DNA of 64,000 nt from Hydrogenophilales bacterium (lineage in GTDB: Bacteria > Pseudomonadota > Gammaproteobacteria > Burkholderiales > Thiobacillaceae): positions 3,282 through 67,281 of the forward strand of contig JAGXGP010000108.1 in assembly GCA_024636775.1 (NCBI GenBank), read 5' to 3'. This document shows positions 36,529-47,022 of this stretch, in pieces. The first letter of the stretch is position 1; each line of letters opens with the position of its first letter. Position numbers and translations under genes: made by a program. The notes below the pieces were generated by a model. It worked only from the letters and a program-made list of their open reading frames with translations, was not told the origin of the DNA and searched no databases.

Positions 36529-37722
36529 TTGAATACGCTCTGGCTTTCTCACTTCACCGCAACCAGTGCCATCGGTTGCGGCCTTGAACCCACTCACGCA
36601 GCATTGCGTCAACAGCGCGGCGGGCTGGTGCCGTGCGCGTTCGACACGGTCGACCTGAACACGTTTGTGGGGGAGGTTGCGGGGGTGGATAGCGTGCAGC
36701 TTCCCGCGCACCTGACCGACTTTGACTGCCGCAACAACCGGCTCGCCTTCCTGGGCTTGCAACAGGATGGCTTCATGGCTGCAGTGGAAGCCGCGATCGG
36801 TCGCCATGGCCGGCGGCGTGTCGCCGTATTGCTTGGCACCAGCACAGCAGGGGTTTTGCAGTCCGAGCAGGCGTACCGCCGACGCGATCTGACGAACGGT
36901 GAACTCCCCGCAGACTTCAACTATCGCACCACCCATAACGCCTATTCGGTTGCCGATTTCGTGCGCAATGTCTTCAAACTGGAAGGCCCGGCCGCCGTAG
37001 TCTCGACTGCGTGTTCATCCAGCGCCAAGGTGTTCGCCTCGGCAGCACGCATGATGGAAGCCGGGCTCATCGACGCAGCCATCGTCGGGGGCGTCGATTC
37101 GCTGTGCCTGACCACGTTGTACGGATTCAACTCGCTGGAACTGCTGTCCGCCACGCCATGCCGGCCGTTCGATGCGGACCGCTCCGGCATTTCCATCGGT
37201 GAAGCGTCCGCGTTCATTCTGCTTGAACGCCCGCCCAGCACCCTGGACGCCAACGCGGTGCTGCTCCTCGGCGCGGGTGAGTCCAGCGATGCTTACCATA
37301 TGTCTTCGCCGCATCCCGACGGCCTGGGCGCCCAAATGGCGATGGCCGGCGCGTTGAAAGCGGCCGGCCTGCAGGCTGGCGCGATCGATTACATCAACCT
37401 GCACGGCACCGCGACGCCCAGCAACGATGCGGCCGAAGGCAAAGCCGTGGCCACGCTGTTCGGCGACCGTGTGCCGTGCAGTTCCACCAAGGGTGCGACC
37501 GGCCATACCCTCGGCGCGGCTGGCGGACTGGAAGCGATCATTGGTGCATTGGCGCTGCAGCAGGGGTTTCTGCCGGGGGGCGTCAACACCATCAACATCG
37601 ACCCCACCATTCCCATCCAGTATCTCAACGCCAACCGTGACTCAGCTCCGCAACGTGTGTTGAGCAACTCCTTCGGCTTTGGCGGCACCAATTGCAGCCT
37701 CGTTCTAGGGCGGGCCGGGTGA
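36529..37722 (+). CDS. Beta-ketoacyl-ACP synthase (aryl-polyene KS)
   Basis: TACSSS, HGTAT, KGATGHTLGAAG, SNSFGFGG. Confidence 0.9.
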   Translation: MNTLWLSHFTATSAIGCGLEPTHAALRQQRGGLVPCAFDTVDLNTFVGEVAGVDSVQLPAHLTDFDCRNNRLAFLGLQQDGFMAAVEAAIGRHGRRRVAVLLGTSTAGVLQSEQAYRRRDLTNGELPADFNYRTTHNAYSVADFVRNVFKLEGPAAVVSTACSSSAKVFASAARMMEAGLIDAAIVGGVDSLCLTTLYGFNSLELLSATPCRPFDADRSGISIGEASAFILLERPPSTLDANAVLLLGAGESSDAYHMSSPHPDGLGAQMAMAGALKAAGLQAGAIDYINLHGTATPSNDAAEGKAVATLFGDRVPCSSTKGATGHTLGAAGGLEAIIGALALQQGFLPGGVNTINIDPTIPIQYLNANRDSAPQRVLSNSFGFGGTNCSLVLGRAG

Positions 37723-37723
37723 T

Positions 37724-38536
37724 ATGACGAACCCCAACACGATATTGACTGCTTGGATTGAGGGCGTCGGCCTGCTCGGCCCCGGCTTGCCGGATTGGCC
37801 CACCGCCCAAGGCGTGCTGACTGGCGATGCCGCTTACGTACCCAGCCCCATCACGGCTCCACCGCCGCAGGGTTTGCCGCCAGCAGAGCGGCGGCGCGCG
37901 GGCGTGTCGGTCAAGGTGGCGCTTGCGGTGGCACAAGAGGCCATCGCCATGGGCCAGCTCGATGCCCGCCAGCTCTCTACAGTGTTTGCGTCTTCAGGCG
38001 CGGATGGTGACAACTGCAACGCCATCTGCGCGGTGCTGGCCTCCGAGGATCGGCATATTTCGCCGACCCGCTTCCACAATTCGGTGCACAACGCGCCTGC
38101 AGGCTATTGGGGCATCGCCTCCGGGGCGATGGCGCCGGCCACCGTGCTTTGCGTCTATGACAGTTGTTTCAGCGCCGGTCTGTTGGAGGCACTGACCCAG
38201 GTCACCGTCGAGGGCAGTACCGCCCTGCTGATTGCCTACGATTCGCCTTACCCCGAACCGCTGAATGCCAAGCGGCCCCTGCCCAGTGCCATGGGGATTG
38301 CCCTGGCGCTGACATCGCAGAAAAGCGCACAGTCGATGGCGCAGATCCAGGTCAGCCTGACCGACACCGAACCCGATGTGCTGGCCGATCCCGGACTCGA
38401 TGCCCTGCGCCTTGCAATTCCGGCGGCACGCGGGCTGCCCTTGCTGCAGGCCTTGGCGCGCAAGCAAGCCCGTGAAGTTGTACTCGACTATCTCGAACCG
38501 CTGCGGCTAAACGTGGCCATCGAACCATGCCGCTAG
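37724..38536 (+). CDS. Ketosynthase chain-length-factor-like protein
   Basis: ERRR and SPTRFHNSVHNAPAGYW; no catalytic Cys. Confidence 0.85.
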   Translation: MTNPNTILTAWIEGVGLLGPGLPDWPTAQGVLTGDAAYVPSPITAPPPQGLPPAERRRAGVSVKVALAVAQEAIAMGQLDARQLSTVFASSGADGDNCNAICAVLASEDRHISPTRFHNSVHNAPAGYWGIASGAMAPATVLCVYDSCFSAGLLEALTQVTVEGSTALLIAYDSPYPEPLNAKRPLPSAMGIALALTSQKSAQSMAQIQVSLTDTEPDVLADPGLDALRLAIPAARGLPLLQALARKQAREVVLDYLEPLRLNVAIEPCR

Positions 38537-38991
38537 ACCACGCCTGGCTGCTCGCCCACATTCCGCATCAGGGCAGCATGTGTCTGCTCGATGTTGTCAC
38601 GGACTGGGATGATCAGCACATCCGCTGCACCGCCAGCAGTCATCGCCTCGCCGACAATCCGCTGCGCGCGCATGACCGGCTGGGTGTGGCCTGCGGAATC
38701 GAATATGCGGCCCAGGCCATGGCGGCCCACGGTGCGCTGTTGGCCGCCAGCGGCAGTTCACCCGGCGCCGGCTACCTGGCCAGTGTGCGCAGTGTCGATT
38801 GTCAGGTGGCACGACTGGACGACATCCACGCCGATCTGGACATCGAGGCGGAGCGTCTTTCGGGAGACGACAACCTCATTCTGTATGGCTTTCGCGTCAG
38901 CGCCGCCGGTCGCGATTTAATGACCGGCCGCGCGACAGTGGTGCTCAATGCCGAAAAACTGAAAACCGATCAATCAAGGAACCCCCTATGA
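38527..38991 (+). CDS. Hotdog-fold dehydratase (ApeP-like)
   Basis: IPHQGSMCLLD; IEYAAQAMAAHG. Confidence 0.85.
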   Translation: MPLDHAWLLAHIPHQGSMCLLDVVTDWDDQHIRCTASSHRLADNPLRAHDRLGVACGIEYAAQAMAAHGALLAASGSSPGAGYLASVRSVDCQVARLDDIHADLDIEAERLSGDDNLILYGFRVSAAGRDLMTGRATVVLNAEKLKTDQSRNPL

Positions 38992-39707
38992 AACGTGCGC
39001 TGGTTACCGGGGGCAGTGGCGGCATCGGTTCAGCGATTTGTCGTCGACTCGCTGCCGATGGATACGCTGTCATCATCCATGCCAACACCAACCTGACCAG
39101 GGCACAGGCGCTGGCTGAAGCCATCCGGGCAAGTGGCGGCCAGGCCGAAGCCATCGCCTTCAATATCACGGATGCCGAAGCCAGCCGGATTGCACTGGAA
39201 ACCTTGATTGCAGACAGTCCGATTCAGGTGCTGGTGAACAACGCCGGCATCCACGATGATGCGGTGTTCCCCGGCATGAGCGCTGTCCAATGGCACACGG
39301 TGCTGGACGTCTCACTGAACGGCTTTTTCAATGTGACCCAACCACTGTCGTTGTCGATGATCCGCAGCCGTTGGGGCCGCATCATCAACATCACCTCCAT
39401 CGCCGGCATCACCGGCAACCGCGGGCAGACCAACTACGCAGCCGCCAAGGGTGCCTTGCACGCCGCAACCAAAACGCTCTCGCTGGAAATGGCGAGCCGC
39501 GGGGTCACGGTCAACGCGGTGGCGCCGGGCATCATTCAAACCGACATGATCGAGGGCGTGTTTGATGCCAAGGCGATCGCGAATATGGTGCCGATGAAGC
39601 GCGCCGGCCGGCCGGAAGAAGTGGCGGATCTGGTCGGCTTTCTGGCCTCCGAACAAGCGAGCTACATCACCGGCCAAATCATTTCGGTAAACGGCGGCAT
39701 GATCTGA
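38988..39707 (+). CDS. fabG: 3-oxoacyl-ACP reductase
   Basis: TGGSGGIG, NNAG, YAAAK, NAVAPG. Confidence 0.9.
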   Translation: MKRALVTGGSGGIGSAICRRLAADGYAVIIHANTNLTRAQALAEAIRASGGQAEAIAFNITDAEASRIALETLIADSPIQVLVNNAGIHDDAVFPGMSAVQWHTVLDVSLNGFFNVTQPLSLSMIRSRWGRIINITSIAGITGNRGQTNYAAAKGALHAATKTLSLEMASRGVTVNAVAPGIIQTDMIEGVFDAKAIANMVPMKRAGRPEEVADLVGFLASEQASYITGQIISVNGGMI

Positions 39708-41026
39708 TGTCTGCCGCGCCTGTGCCGTCGCTCGCCGTGCATCAGGCCGAGGTCATGCTGTTTTTTACCCTTCTGCAGCTGGCCGTGATCGTGCTGGCCG
39801 CTCGACTGGGTGGCCTGCTGGCGCAGCGCGTCGGTCAGTCGCCGGCGGTGGGCGAAATCATTGTCGGTATTCTGTTGGGGCCATCGCTGTTTGGCCTCTT
39901 GGCACCCGATCTGTTTCAAACCGTTTTTCACTCGACGCCCCCCGCGCCGATGCAGATGCTGTCGCAGATCGGTCTGATTCTGCTGATGTTCCAGATCGGC
40001 CTGGAATTTGATTTCGCGCACCTCACCGACCGTCACAACCGCCGTGCCGTCGCCACCATCGCCACGGCAGGCATGGTGGCGCCGTTCGTGCTGGGGTTTG
40101 GATTTGGGTATTGGACGGCACCGATGCTTTCGCCTGGCATCGACCCGCTCGCCACAGCGCTCTTCATCGCCACCGCATTCTCCATCACCGCCCTGCCCAT
40201 CCTCGGCCGCATGATGATCGAATTCAAAATCACCCGCCTACCTATTGGTGTTATCGCTATCAGCGCCGCCGCGATCAACGACGTCATCGGCTGGCTGCTG
40301 CTTGCGCTGGTCACCGCGCTGACGCTGGCACAGTTCAGTGCCGCCGCCTTTGCTGGCAAGGTGTTGCTGGTCGCGGGTTTCTTTGCGGTCTGGTGGTGGG
40401 CCGTACGGCCGCTGATGAAGCGCATCATCCGTCGCAGCCAGGCCGGCGCCGTACCGGTTGGCGAAAAGGCGGGCCGCGGCAAGCTCACCCACAACCTGCT
40501 CGGCATTCTGCTTGCCGCCATTTTCATCTCGGCGATGACCACGTATCAGATCGGTATTTTCGCCATCTTTGGCGGCTTCATGATGGGCGTGATCCTGCAC
40601 GACGAACACGAACTCGTCGACGCCTGGAAAGAACGCATCGGTCACTTCGTCATGGTTTTTTTCCTGCCGATTTTCTTCACCTATACCGGCCTGCGCACAC
40701 ATATCGGCAGCCTCGATTCGGCCGCTGCATGGGGGTGGTGTGTGCTCCTGATCGCACTGGCAACACTGGGGAAATTTGGCGCCAGCTATCTTGCTGCGCG
40801 CTGGGCGGGGATGTCACATGTTGAGGGAAAACTGCTCGGCATCATGATGAACACCCGCGCCCTGATGGAGCTAATCGTCATCAACATCGGCTACGACCTC
40901 GGCGTCATCTCGCAGCAGGTGTTCACCATGCTGGTGCTGATGGCGATTTTCAGCACGGTGATCACGACGCCGGGCTTGCGGCGGTGGTTGCCGAAGATAG
41001 GGGTGACGGTGGCGGGGCGACATTGA
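39707..41026 (+). CDS. Cation:proton antiporter (CPA2-like)
   Basis: GEIIVGILLGPS, SITALPIL, AAAIND, MNTRALMEL. Confidence 0.9.
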   Translation: MSAAPVPSLAVHQAEVMLFFTLLQLAVIVLAARLGGLLAQRVGQSPAVGEIIVGILLGPSLFGLLAPDLFQTVFHSTPPAPMQMLSQIGLILLMFQIGLEFDFAHLTDRHNRRAVATIATAGMVAPFVLGFGFGYWTAPMLSPGIDPLATALFIATAFSITALPILGRMMIEFKITRLPIGVIAISAAAINDVIGWLLLALVTALTLAQFSAAAFAGKVLLVAGFFAVWWWAVRPLMKRIIRRSQAGAVPVGEKAGRGKLTHNLLGILLAAIFISAMTTYQIGIFAIFGGFMMGVILHDEHELVDAWKERIGHFVMVFFLPIFFTYTGLRTHIGSLDSAAAWGWCVLLIALATLGKFGASYLAARWAGMSHVEGKLLGIMMNTRALMELIVINIGYDLGVISQQVFTMLVLMAIFSTVITTPGLRRWLPKIGVTVAGRH

Positions 41027-41099
41027 GGTGCGTCCGCTCAGCTCGGCGTTGCGTAGACTCAAAGAGTAACCTTCATTCACCACCGCGCTGGCTTTGACT

Positions 41100-41332
41100 T
41101 TCTCCCCCTCGCAGCCCCGCCGGAAACTGAGCCTGCCGGGTGGATCAGCGGCAAAGGTGTTTGAGACCCGCTCACAAAAAACAAATTTAAAACAGCAAAA
41201 GCGGGGCGAGTTCTTTGTCGCCCACCCGGCAGGCTCGGTTTCCGGGAATTCGGGGATGTTGGGGTCGCCTTCTTTTGGTCACTTTTCTAGGCGAGACAAG
41301 AAAAGTGACTATCAGCCGGGCTACCCCCGGCC
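41100..41332. repeat. Intergenic hairpin-rich element (REP/MITE-like)
   Basis: GTCACTTTTCT-N10-AGAAAAGTGAC (41278-41309) and GCCGGG..CCCGGC hairpins between convergent genes. Confidence 0.45.
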
Positions 41333-41425
41333 CACGGTCAGCCGTTCTGCAATATTCCCGGCTATAACCTACCCCCGGAGTGCTCGTTATGATGAAGCGA
41401 ACGGATGCCTATTGCAGCGCGCGAT

Positions 41426-42214
41426 TCAGCCCGGCTTAACCGCCTGATATTCAGCAAAAATCGACAGCGCGGGCGTTTCAATGTGGCGTTTTGCGCCGCT
41501 GAATCCCGCATCCGTCAGCGTATCAATCACCCCGCTCGGCGGTACGCAGGCTTCGATGGTGTCCCAGTAATAACGCCACAGCTTGGCCGACTCGGCACTG
41601 CTGCCAACCAGTCGGGCGAGCACCGGCACGACCCCGCGCATGTAGCTTTTGAGCAGGAACTGGCTCCAGGCGCGCTCCGGCTTGGTGATTTCGAGTAGGC
41701 ACAAACGGCCACCCGGCTTGAGTACGCGGTGAAATTCGCTGAACGCGGCGGAGAGGTCGCCGATATGGCGTAGCGCGTAGCCCATGCTGAGGAAGTCGAA
41801 ACTGGCATCAGGAAACGGGATGGATTCTGCCCGGCCTTCCACCAGCTGCACGCCGGGCAAATCGGCTTGCGACATCATGCCCACACTGGGGTCGACACCA
41901 ATCACCAGCGCGGGATCGCCCACCAGTTTCACGGCTTCGCGCGCCACCAGACCGGTGCCGACGCCAATGTCGACAATACGCATGCCGGGTTTCAGTCCCG
42001 CCCGTTGCAGGGCCTGATTGCGATACCAGGGGCCACTACCCAGCGCCAGCAGACGATCGATGCGGTCGTAATCCGAAGCGGTGCGATCGAAGATCTTGCC
42101 GACGAAACCGCGGCGTTCTTGTTCACTGTTGTAATACTCAGTCAGAGGGGGATGGGGTTCGTGGGAAATGGGGTGCTCCGTTCTGTTTGTGGGGGTCGAT
42201 GATGAATCAGTCAA
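41426..42214 (-). CDS. UbiE/COQ5-like SAM methyltransferase
   Basis: FD..A..YD; VDIGVGTG; RVLKPGG. Confidence 0.9.
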   Translation of the reverse strand: MTDSSSTPTNRTEHPISHEPHPPLTEYYNSEQERRGFVGKIFDRTASDYDRIDRLLALGSGPWYRNQALQRAGLKPGMRIVDIGVGTGLVAREAVKLVGDPALVIGVDPSVGMMSQADLPGVQLVEGRAESIPFPDASFDFLSMGYALRHIGDLSAAFSEFHRVLKPGGRLCLLEITKPERAWSQFLLKSYMRGVVPVLARLVGSSAESAKLWRYYWDTIEACVPPSGVIDTLTDAGFSGAKRHIETPALSIFAEYQAVKPG

Positions 42215-42821
42215 GCTGCCACACCATGCCGAGATTCAGGCCCAATACGTCGATACCCGGATTGGGATTGGTCATTCCAAGATTGGAATGATGGGTGAAA
42301 TAAGCAGCTGCGGTGATCGCCTGCTTTTTGGTGAACTGGTAACGCGTGCCCAGCTGGCTAAACCAGTTGAAGGTGAAGTCCTGGCCTTGCCCGCCGGGGG
42401 TATTGTTCGAATTGGTGAAACCGGCGCCGCCGCCGATCTCGAAAAACAGTGCGGATTTTTGATCCGCTGCCCACCACTCCAGGCTGGGCGCTCCGGCAAT
42501 ACCCACAAAATAGTCTTCTGCGCCCTTCAAATACGATTCATAGAGAACCGACACACGATGACGCACCGTCAACCGGGCGCCACTGTCACCCTGCCACAGG
42601 TCGAACATGGCAGGCGAGCGCCAGGCCACCTGAAGGGGCGCGATGGTGTAGTCCAGCGGGGTGTTGTTCCGGATTTTTTTCAGATAACCCGCCTCGACGG
42701 CCACTTCCCATTTATCGGCGGGGTGAATCGGGGTCTCTGCGAGTGCAGACACGCTCAGCACGCAGGTGAAAGCTAGCGCACCATGCAGTGCCAATCGAAG
42801 GGGGAGAAACAAGGTAGGCAT
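42207..42821 (-). CDS. PagL-like outer-membrane acyloxyacyl hydrolase
   Basis: Signal peptide; beta-barrel pattern; HHSN..M..PNPGID. Confidence 0.8.
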   Translation of the reverse strand: MPTLFLPLRLALHGALAFTCVLSVSALAETPIHPADKWEVAVEAGYLKKIRNNTPLDYTIAPLQVAWRSPAMFDLWQGDSGARLTVRHRVSVLYESYLKGAEDYFVGIAGAPSLEWWAADQKSALFFEIGGGAGFTNSNNTPGGQGQDFTFNWFSQLGTRYQFTKKQAITAAAYFTHHSNLGMTNPNPGIDVLGLNLGMVWQLD

Positions 42822-42974
42822 GGGCTTGATTTGATTCCTGATGGGTAGGCCGTTACTTGAGGCAAGGGTAAAAAATCGAATTAATCAGGTCAGGCCAGCT
42901 GGCAAACTGTAGTCGCAAACATCAAATTGCCTGCCGTTCGGACGATGCAACAAAACATGATCTCTCATGATAGG

Positions 42975-43745
42975 TCAGGCCCTGAGGCGCCGCAGCACAA
43001 GCCATGGCAGGCGCAGCAAAAACCCCAGCATCAGCCGGGTATGCATCCAGGTCAATAAGGCGTTGTCGCGCAGATAGTTGAAATGAGACACCCCGCCCTC
43101 GTCAGCGCGCAGGTACTTCACCGGCGCCGGCAGATTGACGGGGCGCACGCCGCGCCAGCACAAACGCACGACGGCCTCGGGGTCGAAATCAAACCGGCGC
43201 ATCCAGCGCTGGCCGCGCATCACCTGACGCAGTGGCTCAACCGGATAAACCCGAAAGCCATACAGCGAATCGCCGATGCCCGCCCACAGGGTTTCCAGAT
43301 TGGCCCAGCCGTTGGACACCTTGCGGCCCTGCACGCGCAGCGCGGGGGCATCAGCATCGAACACCGGCACGCCGAGCACCATCGCATCGGGCGATTGTTG
43401 GGATGCGGCCATGAACGCAGGAATCAAATCGGCGGGATGCTGACCATCGGAGTCCATCGTCAGGGCGTGGGTGTAACCCTGCTGGGCTGCCAGGTCCAAT
43501 CCGTGCTGCACGGCGGCGCCTTTGCCCTGGTTTTCGGGCAGCACCCACACCTTGAGGCCGGGGTCGGTTGCCGCCATGTCTTTCAATCCGTCAGCGGTCC
43601 CATCGGTGCTGCCGTCCACCACGACCCACACGGGCGCCCAGTGGGTGCGTGCCGCCCGCACGGTTTCATAGACTTGTTCACCCGGGTTGTAGCTGGGGAT
43701 CAACACCAGATGGCTGGCGGAAATCGTTATCTCAGGTGCGGTCAT
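42975..43745 (-). CDS. Glycosyltransferase family 2
   Basis: IPSYN, VVDGSTD, NQGKGAA, DSDGQH. Confidence 0.9.
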   Translation of the reverse strand: MTAPEITISASHLVLIPSYNPGEQVYETVRAARTHWAPVWVVVDGSTDGTADGLKDMAATDPGLKVWVLPENQGKGAAVQHGLDLAAQQGYTHALTMDSDGQHPADLIPAFMAASQQSPDAMVLGVPVFDADAPALRVQGRKVSNGWANLETLWAGIGDSLYGFRVYPVEPLRQVMRGQRWMRRFDFDPEAVVRLCWRGVRPVNLPAPVKYLRADEGGVSHFNYLRDNALLTWMHTRLMLGFLLRLPWLVLRRLRA

Positions 43746-44563
43746 GATGTCTGCACGGCGTCACATTCCGGCGCCTGCGGGGCCTCGGGCGACAAAAAAT
43801 GAGGGGCATGGCGTAGCTGGTCAATGAAATAGCACTCGAGATCCGCAGTGAAGGTGCCGGTCTTTTCTGGCGGATCAAACCGACGACCCAGACGAACATG
43901 GAAGGTGACTGGAAACGACGGGCAACGGAACAACGGCCAGCCCTTGCCCAGGAAGGCCGAGTCGGTTTCGATGAATACAGTCTGGATCGGCACCTTGGCC
44001 CGGATGGCGATCAGCGCGGTGGTGCCCTTGCAGTGGTTGATCGGCCAGCGGGTCGTGCGCGTACTCTCCGGAAAGACCAGCAAGTGGCTGCCATTTTTCA
44101 GATCGGCCACCGATTGCTTGATCATACTCAACTGGGCGTCGTTGCGTATGTGGCCCGCCAACCGGGCGGCTGCGCCAAAGAAGAGATTGTCAAACACGTC
44201 AGCCTTGACGATGCACGCAATGTTGGGAAGCCGTGAAATGACCAACAGGGCATCGAGCAGACAGGGGTGGTTGGGCGCGATGAGCATCGGGCCTTCGGTT
44301 CGCAGGGCGTCGAGTTCGGTGAGGTCGAAGCGACAGGCGCCAATCAGCGTGAGCGCGTGAAGGAAAAAACGGGTCAAGTGTGTGGATGCCCTGCGCCCGA
44401 AGGAACTGGCCCAGCGCTTTGGCAACACATGGATAAGCGGCACGGCGATCAGCATCCAGGCCAGGCAAATCGTGCCGAGCAACCCCAGTCCCAGCCACAG
44501 CACGCCATATTCATGGCTGCGACGCAACCAGCGCTTCGGCAAGGACATCATTTCAGCGCGCAT
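43742..44563 (-). CDS. Lysophospholipid (PlsC-like) acyltransferase
   Basis: NHPCLLD (HX4D); FPESTR. Confidence 0.9.
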   Translation of the reverse strand: MRAEMMSLPKRWLRRSHEYGVLWLGLGLLGTICLAWMLIAVPLIHVLPKRWASSFGRRASTHLTRFFLHALTLIGACRFDLTELDALRTEGPMLIAPNHPCLLDALLVISRLPNIACIVKADVFDNLFFGAAARLAGHIRNDAQLSMIKQSVADLKNGSHLLVFPESTRTTRWPINHCKGTTALIAIRAKVPIQTVFIETDSAFLGKGWPLFRCPSFPVTFHVRLGRRFDPPEKTGTFTADLECYFIDQLRHAPHFLSPEAPQAPECDAVQTS

Positions 44564-44632
44564 GGATGGTGCGGCTGAAATTCAACAGCGCAAACAAAGG
44601 AAAGGAAGAACAGCATCGGGGCATCGGGGCGG

Positions 44633-45694
44633 TTAATCCGGCTTCGACTTGTCGAGCGGCGTAAGGTGCCCACCCGAGGCCTCGATTTCAACCAGCAAAT
44701 CCGCCCGGCAAATGTCAGCCTGCAGGAAAACCACCGACACCGGTTTATCAAAATAGTCGGCTATTTCGCGGCGTACCTGTGCCAGGTTTTCCGGATTGCG
44801 GACGTAGACCTTGTAGACAAACTGGTCGAGCCGAAAGTCAGCCTGTGTGGCCTGGCGATTGGCTTCCTCGACCACCGCTGCGATGTTTTGCAGGCATTCC
44901 CGCGTTTGCGCGGCCACATCGCCATGATGCAAGGTCTGATGGCCCACGATGCTGGCGGTGCCGGAAACGAACAACACGTCACGCCCGCCCAGGTTGGCCA
45001 GCCCGGCACGCGCAAAGGTGGGCGTGCGGGGGCCATATTGGCTGGGATAATGATAGGCACTGACCTGGCGCGGATTTTCAATGCCCAGCACCTTAGCCCG
45101 TGTCGCCAGAAAGGCAATATTCAGGCCGCCCGTGGCGGAACCCAGTGCACACGCAGCCGGCACGCCATCGATGACAGACCGGCCATGCGCCAGGAATGCT
45201 TCCTGACGGCCAATGTTGAACTGGCGATAGCGCTCGATATGGTGACTTTCCGCATTGATCCCGGAAAAGTAATTCCATACCCGAAACAGCGATGTGTAGC
45301 CTTGCGCTTCGAGTAACGCGAAGATGCGTTGATAGGCCGTTTCTGTTGCGGACTGCAACGGCGAGTGCCCCTCCTTGGAAGCGTTCACAGCCATTTCGTC
45401 GAGGCTCAGGCAGCCAAACAACAGGGTCTCGTTTTGGCGGTAACGAATCGCGCCCAACTGTCCGGACGTCAATGGCTCATCGCTGTGCCAGACCTCGCAA
45501 TGGCCCTCTTCTGATGACGGCATCGCCATATCCACCGAAAGAAAAGGCAAACCCAGCTTGCTGGGCGCCATCGCCTGATGCGAAAAGCACATGCCTCCCA
45601 GCACGCTGCCGGATTCGGCCGGCGTCAACTCAGCAAGCTGGGAGGCAGACAGATACTCCAGCCGCAAAATCGCTTCCCCCGGCTTCATTGGCAA
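44633..45694 (-). CDS. FkbO/Hyg5/XanB2-like chorismatase
   Basis: RVWNY, PAACA, IENPRQVSAY.YP..YG..P.FAR, SGTASIVG, DICRADLLVEIE. Confidence 0.85.
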   Translation of the reverse strand: MPMKPGEAILRLEYLSASQLAELTPAESGSVLGGMCFSHQAMAPSKLGLPFLSVDMAMPSSEEGHCEVWHSDEPLTSGQLGAIRYRQNETLLFGCLSLDEMAVNASKEGHSPLQSATETAYQRIFALLEAQGYTSLFRVWNYFSGINAESHHIERYRQFNIGRQEAFLAHGRSVIDGVPAACALGSATGGLNIAFLATRAKVLGIENPRQVSAYHYPSQYGPRTPTFARAGLANLGGRDVLFVSGTASIVGHQTLHHGDVAAQTRECLQNIAAVVEEANRQATQADFRLDQFVYKVYVRNPENLAQVRREIADYFDKPVSVVFLQADICRADLLVEIEASGGHLTPLDKSKPD

Positions 45695-47022
45695 TTGGCG
45701 CCTTCTGGGTTATCCACGTAGCGAACATTCTGTTTGCGGCGCTTCCAGGCTGCGACCGTATGCCTCAGGTTGCCCAGAGACGCCAGGTAATAAATCGTTT
45801 TGAATGCCCATAGCGAAGGCCAGATCGGCGTTTTCCCGTAGATGTCGCCGGCGAGAACAGAAAGCAGTGCCTCCTTGACCCGAAAGATGTTGCGCGGCGA
45901 CATGAACAGGTTGCGCATGGTCGGATTGGTGACGCGGTAGATAAACCAGGAAAATTCCTTGGGCCCGTGTTTCACCACCTTGTCGAACTGCTTGAGCGCC
46001 ATTGCGGATTTTTCCGGTTGGCGCAGACAGACATCAACGGCATCGGCGCCCACAAACGCGCTCTGCATGGCCAGCATCACGCCGGATGAAAAAACCGGAT
46101 CGATGAACGCATAGGCATCGCCCAACAGCAGGTATCGGGCGCCGTGGGTACGGTCACAGGAATAAGAGAAATTGCCGGTGGCCTCCACCTCCGACATCAA
46201 CTCAGCGTGACGCAATCGCTCTGCCAGTGCAGGGCACTGCGCGATCAGGTCCATCAGAAAATCAGCCGGCGGCTTGTTGCGGGTTTTCATGATGTGCGGC
46301 CAGACCACCGCGCCGACACTGGTGCTGCCATCTGACAGCGGTATGAACCAGAACCAGCCGTGCTCAAACCAGAAAATGCTGATGTGGCCTGCCTGCCGGC
46401 CTTCAAGCCGCTGCGCGCCTTTGAAATGCCCATACAGGGCAGCACTGTTGTGGCGGGGATTGCGTTGTTTCACCTTTAACTGGTTGCCCAGCAAGGTATC
46501 GCGACCCGACGCATCAAGCAGAAAACGGCAGCGCCAAGTTTCGCGTGCACCGCTGTCGTGTTCGGCGTGGACAACGGCACCCGCGTCGTTGGGCAGCCAT
46601 TCCACGTTGCGCACGCGGCAGCCTTCAATGACTTCAGCGCCTTTACGCGCTGCATTACGAATCAGGATTTCGTCAAAATCGGATCGCCGCACCTGAAATG
46701 AGCGCGGCATGGATTTATCCCAGGCGTCACCAAATTCAAATACCTGACGGTGTTCGTGCCAGGGCGAAACGAATTCCGCCCCCCATTTCTCCATGCCGAT
46801 GGCCTCGATCTCATCGCGCACGCCCAGTGTGTCGAACAGCGGCAAATTGGCCGGCAACAAGGATTCGCCGATGTGAAACCGGGGGTGATGCGCTTTTTCC
46901 AGCAGCGTGACCTGATGCCCCTTTTCTGCCAGCAGCGCGGCGGCGGTCGAGCCCGCGGGGCCACCGCCGATCACCAGCACATCGCAGTGGTGCTCGGCTA
47001 AGCGTGCAGTTTCGTTCAACAT
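45685..47022 (-). CDS. FAD-dependent halogenase-like oxidoreductase (XanJ-like)
   Basis: GGGPAG, HIGESL, WFWFIP (WxWxIP), GDAYAFIDPVFSSG. Confidence 0.8.
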   Translation of the reverse strand: MLNETARLAEHHCDVLVIGGGPAGSTAAALLAEKGHQVTLLEKAHHPRFHIGESLLPANLPLFDTLGVRDEIEAIGMEKWGAEFVSPWHEHRQVFEFGDAWDKSMPRSFQVRRSDFDEILIRNAARKGAEVIEGCRVRNVEWLPNDAGAVVHAEHDSGARETWRCRFLLDASGRDTLLGNQLKVKQRNPRHNSAALYGHFKGAQRLEGRQAGHISIFWFEHGWFWFIPLSDGSTSVGAVVWPHIMKTRNKPPADFLMDLIAQCPALAERLRHAELMSEVEATGNFSYSCDRTHGARYLLLGDAYAFIDPVFSSGVMLAMQSAFVGADAVDVCLRQPEKSAMALKQFDKVVKHGPKEFSWFIYRVTNPTMRNLFMSPRNIFRVKEALLSVLAGDIYGKTPIWPSLWAFKTIYYLASLGNLRHTVAAWKRRKQNVRYVDNPEGANCQ

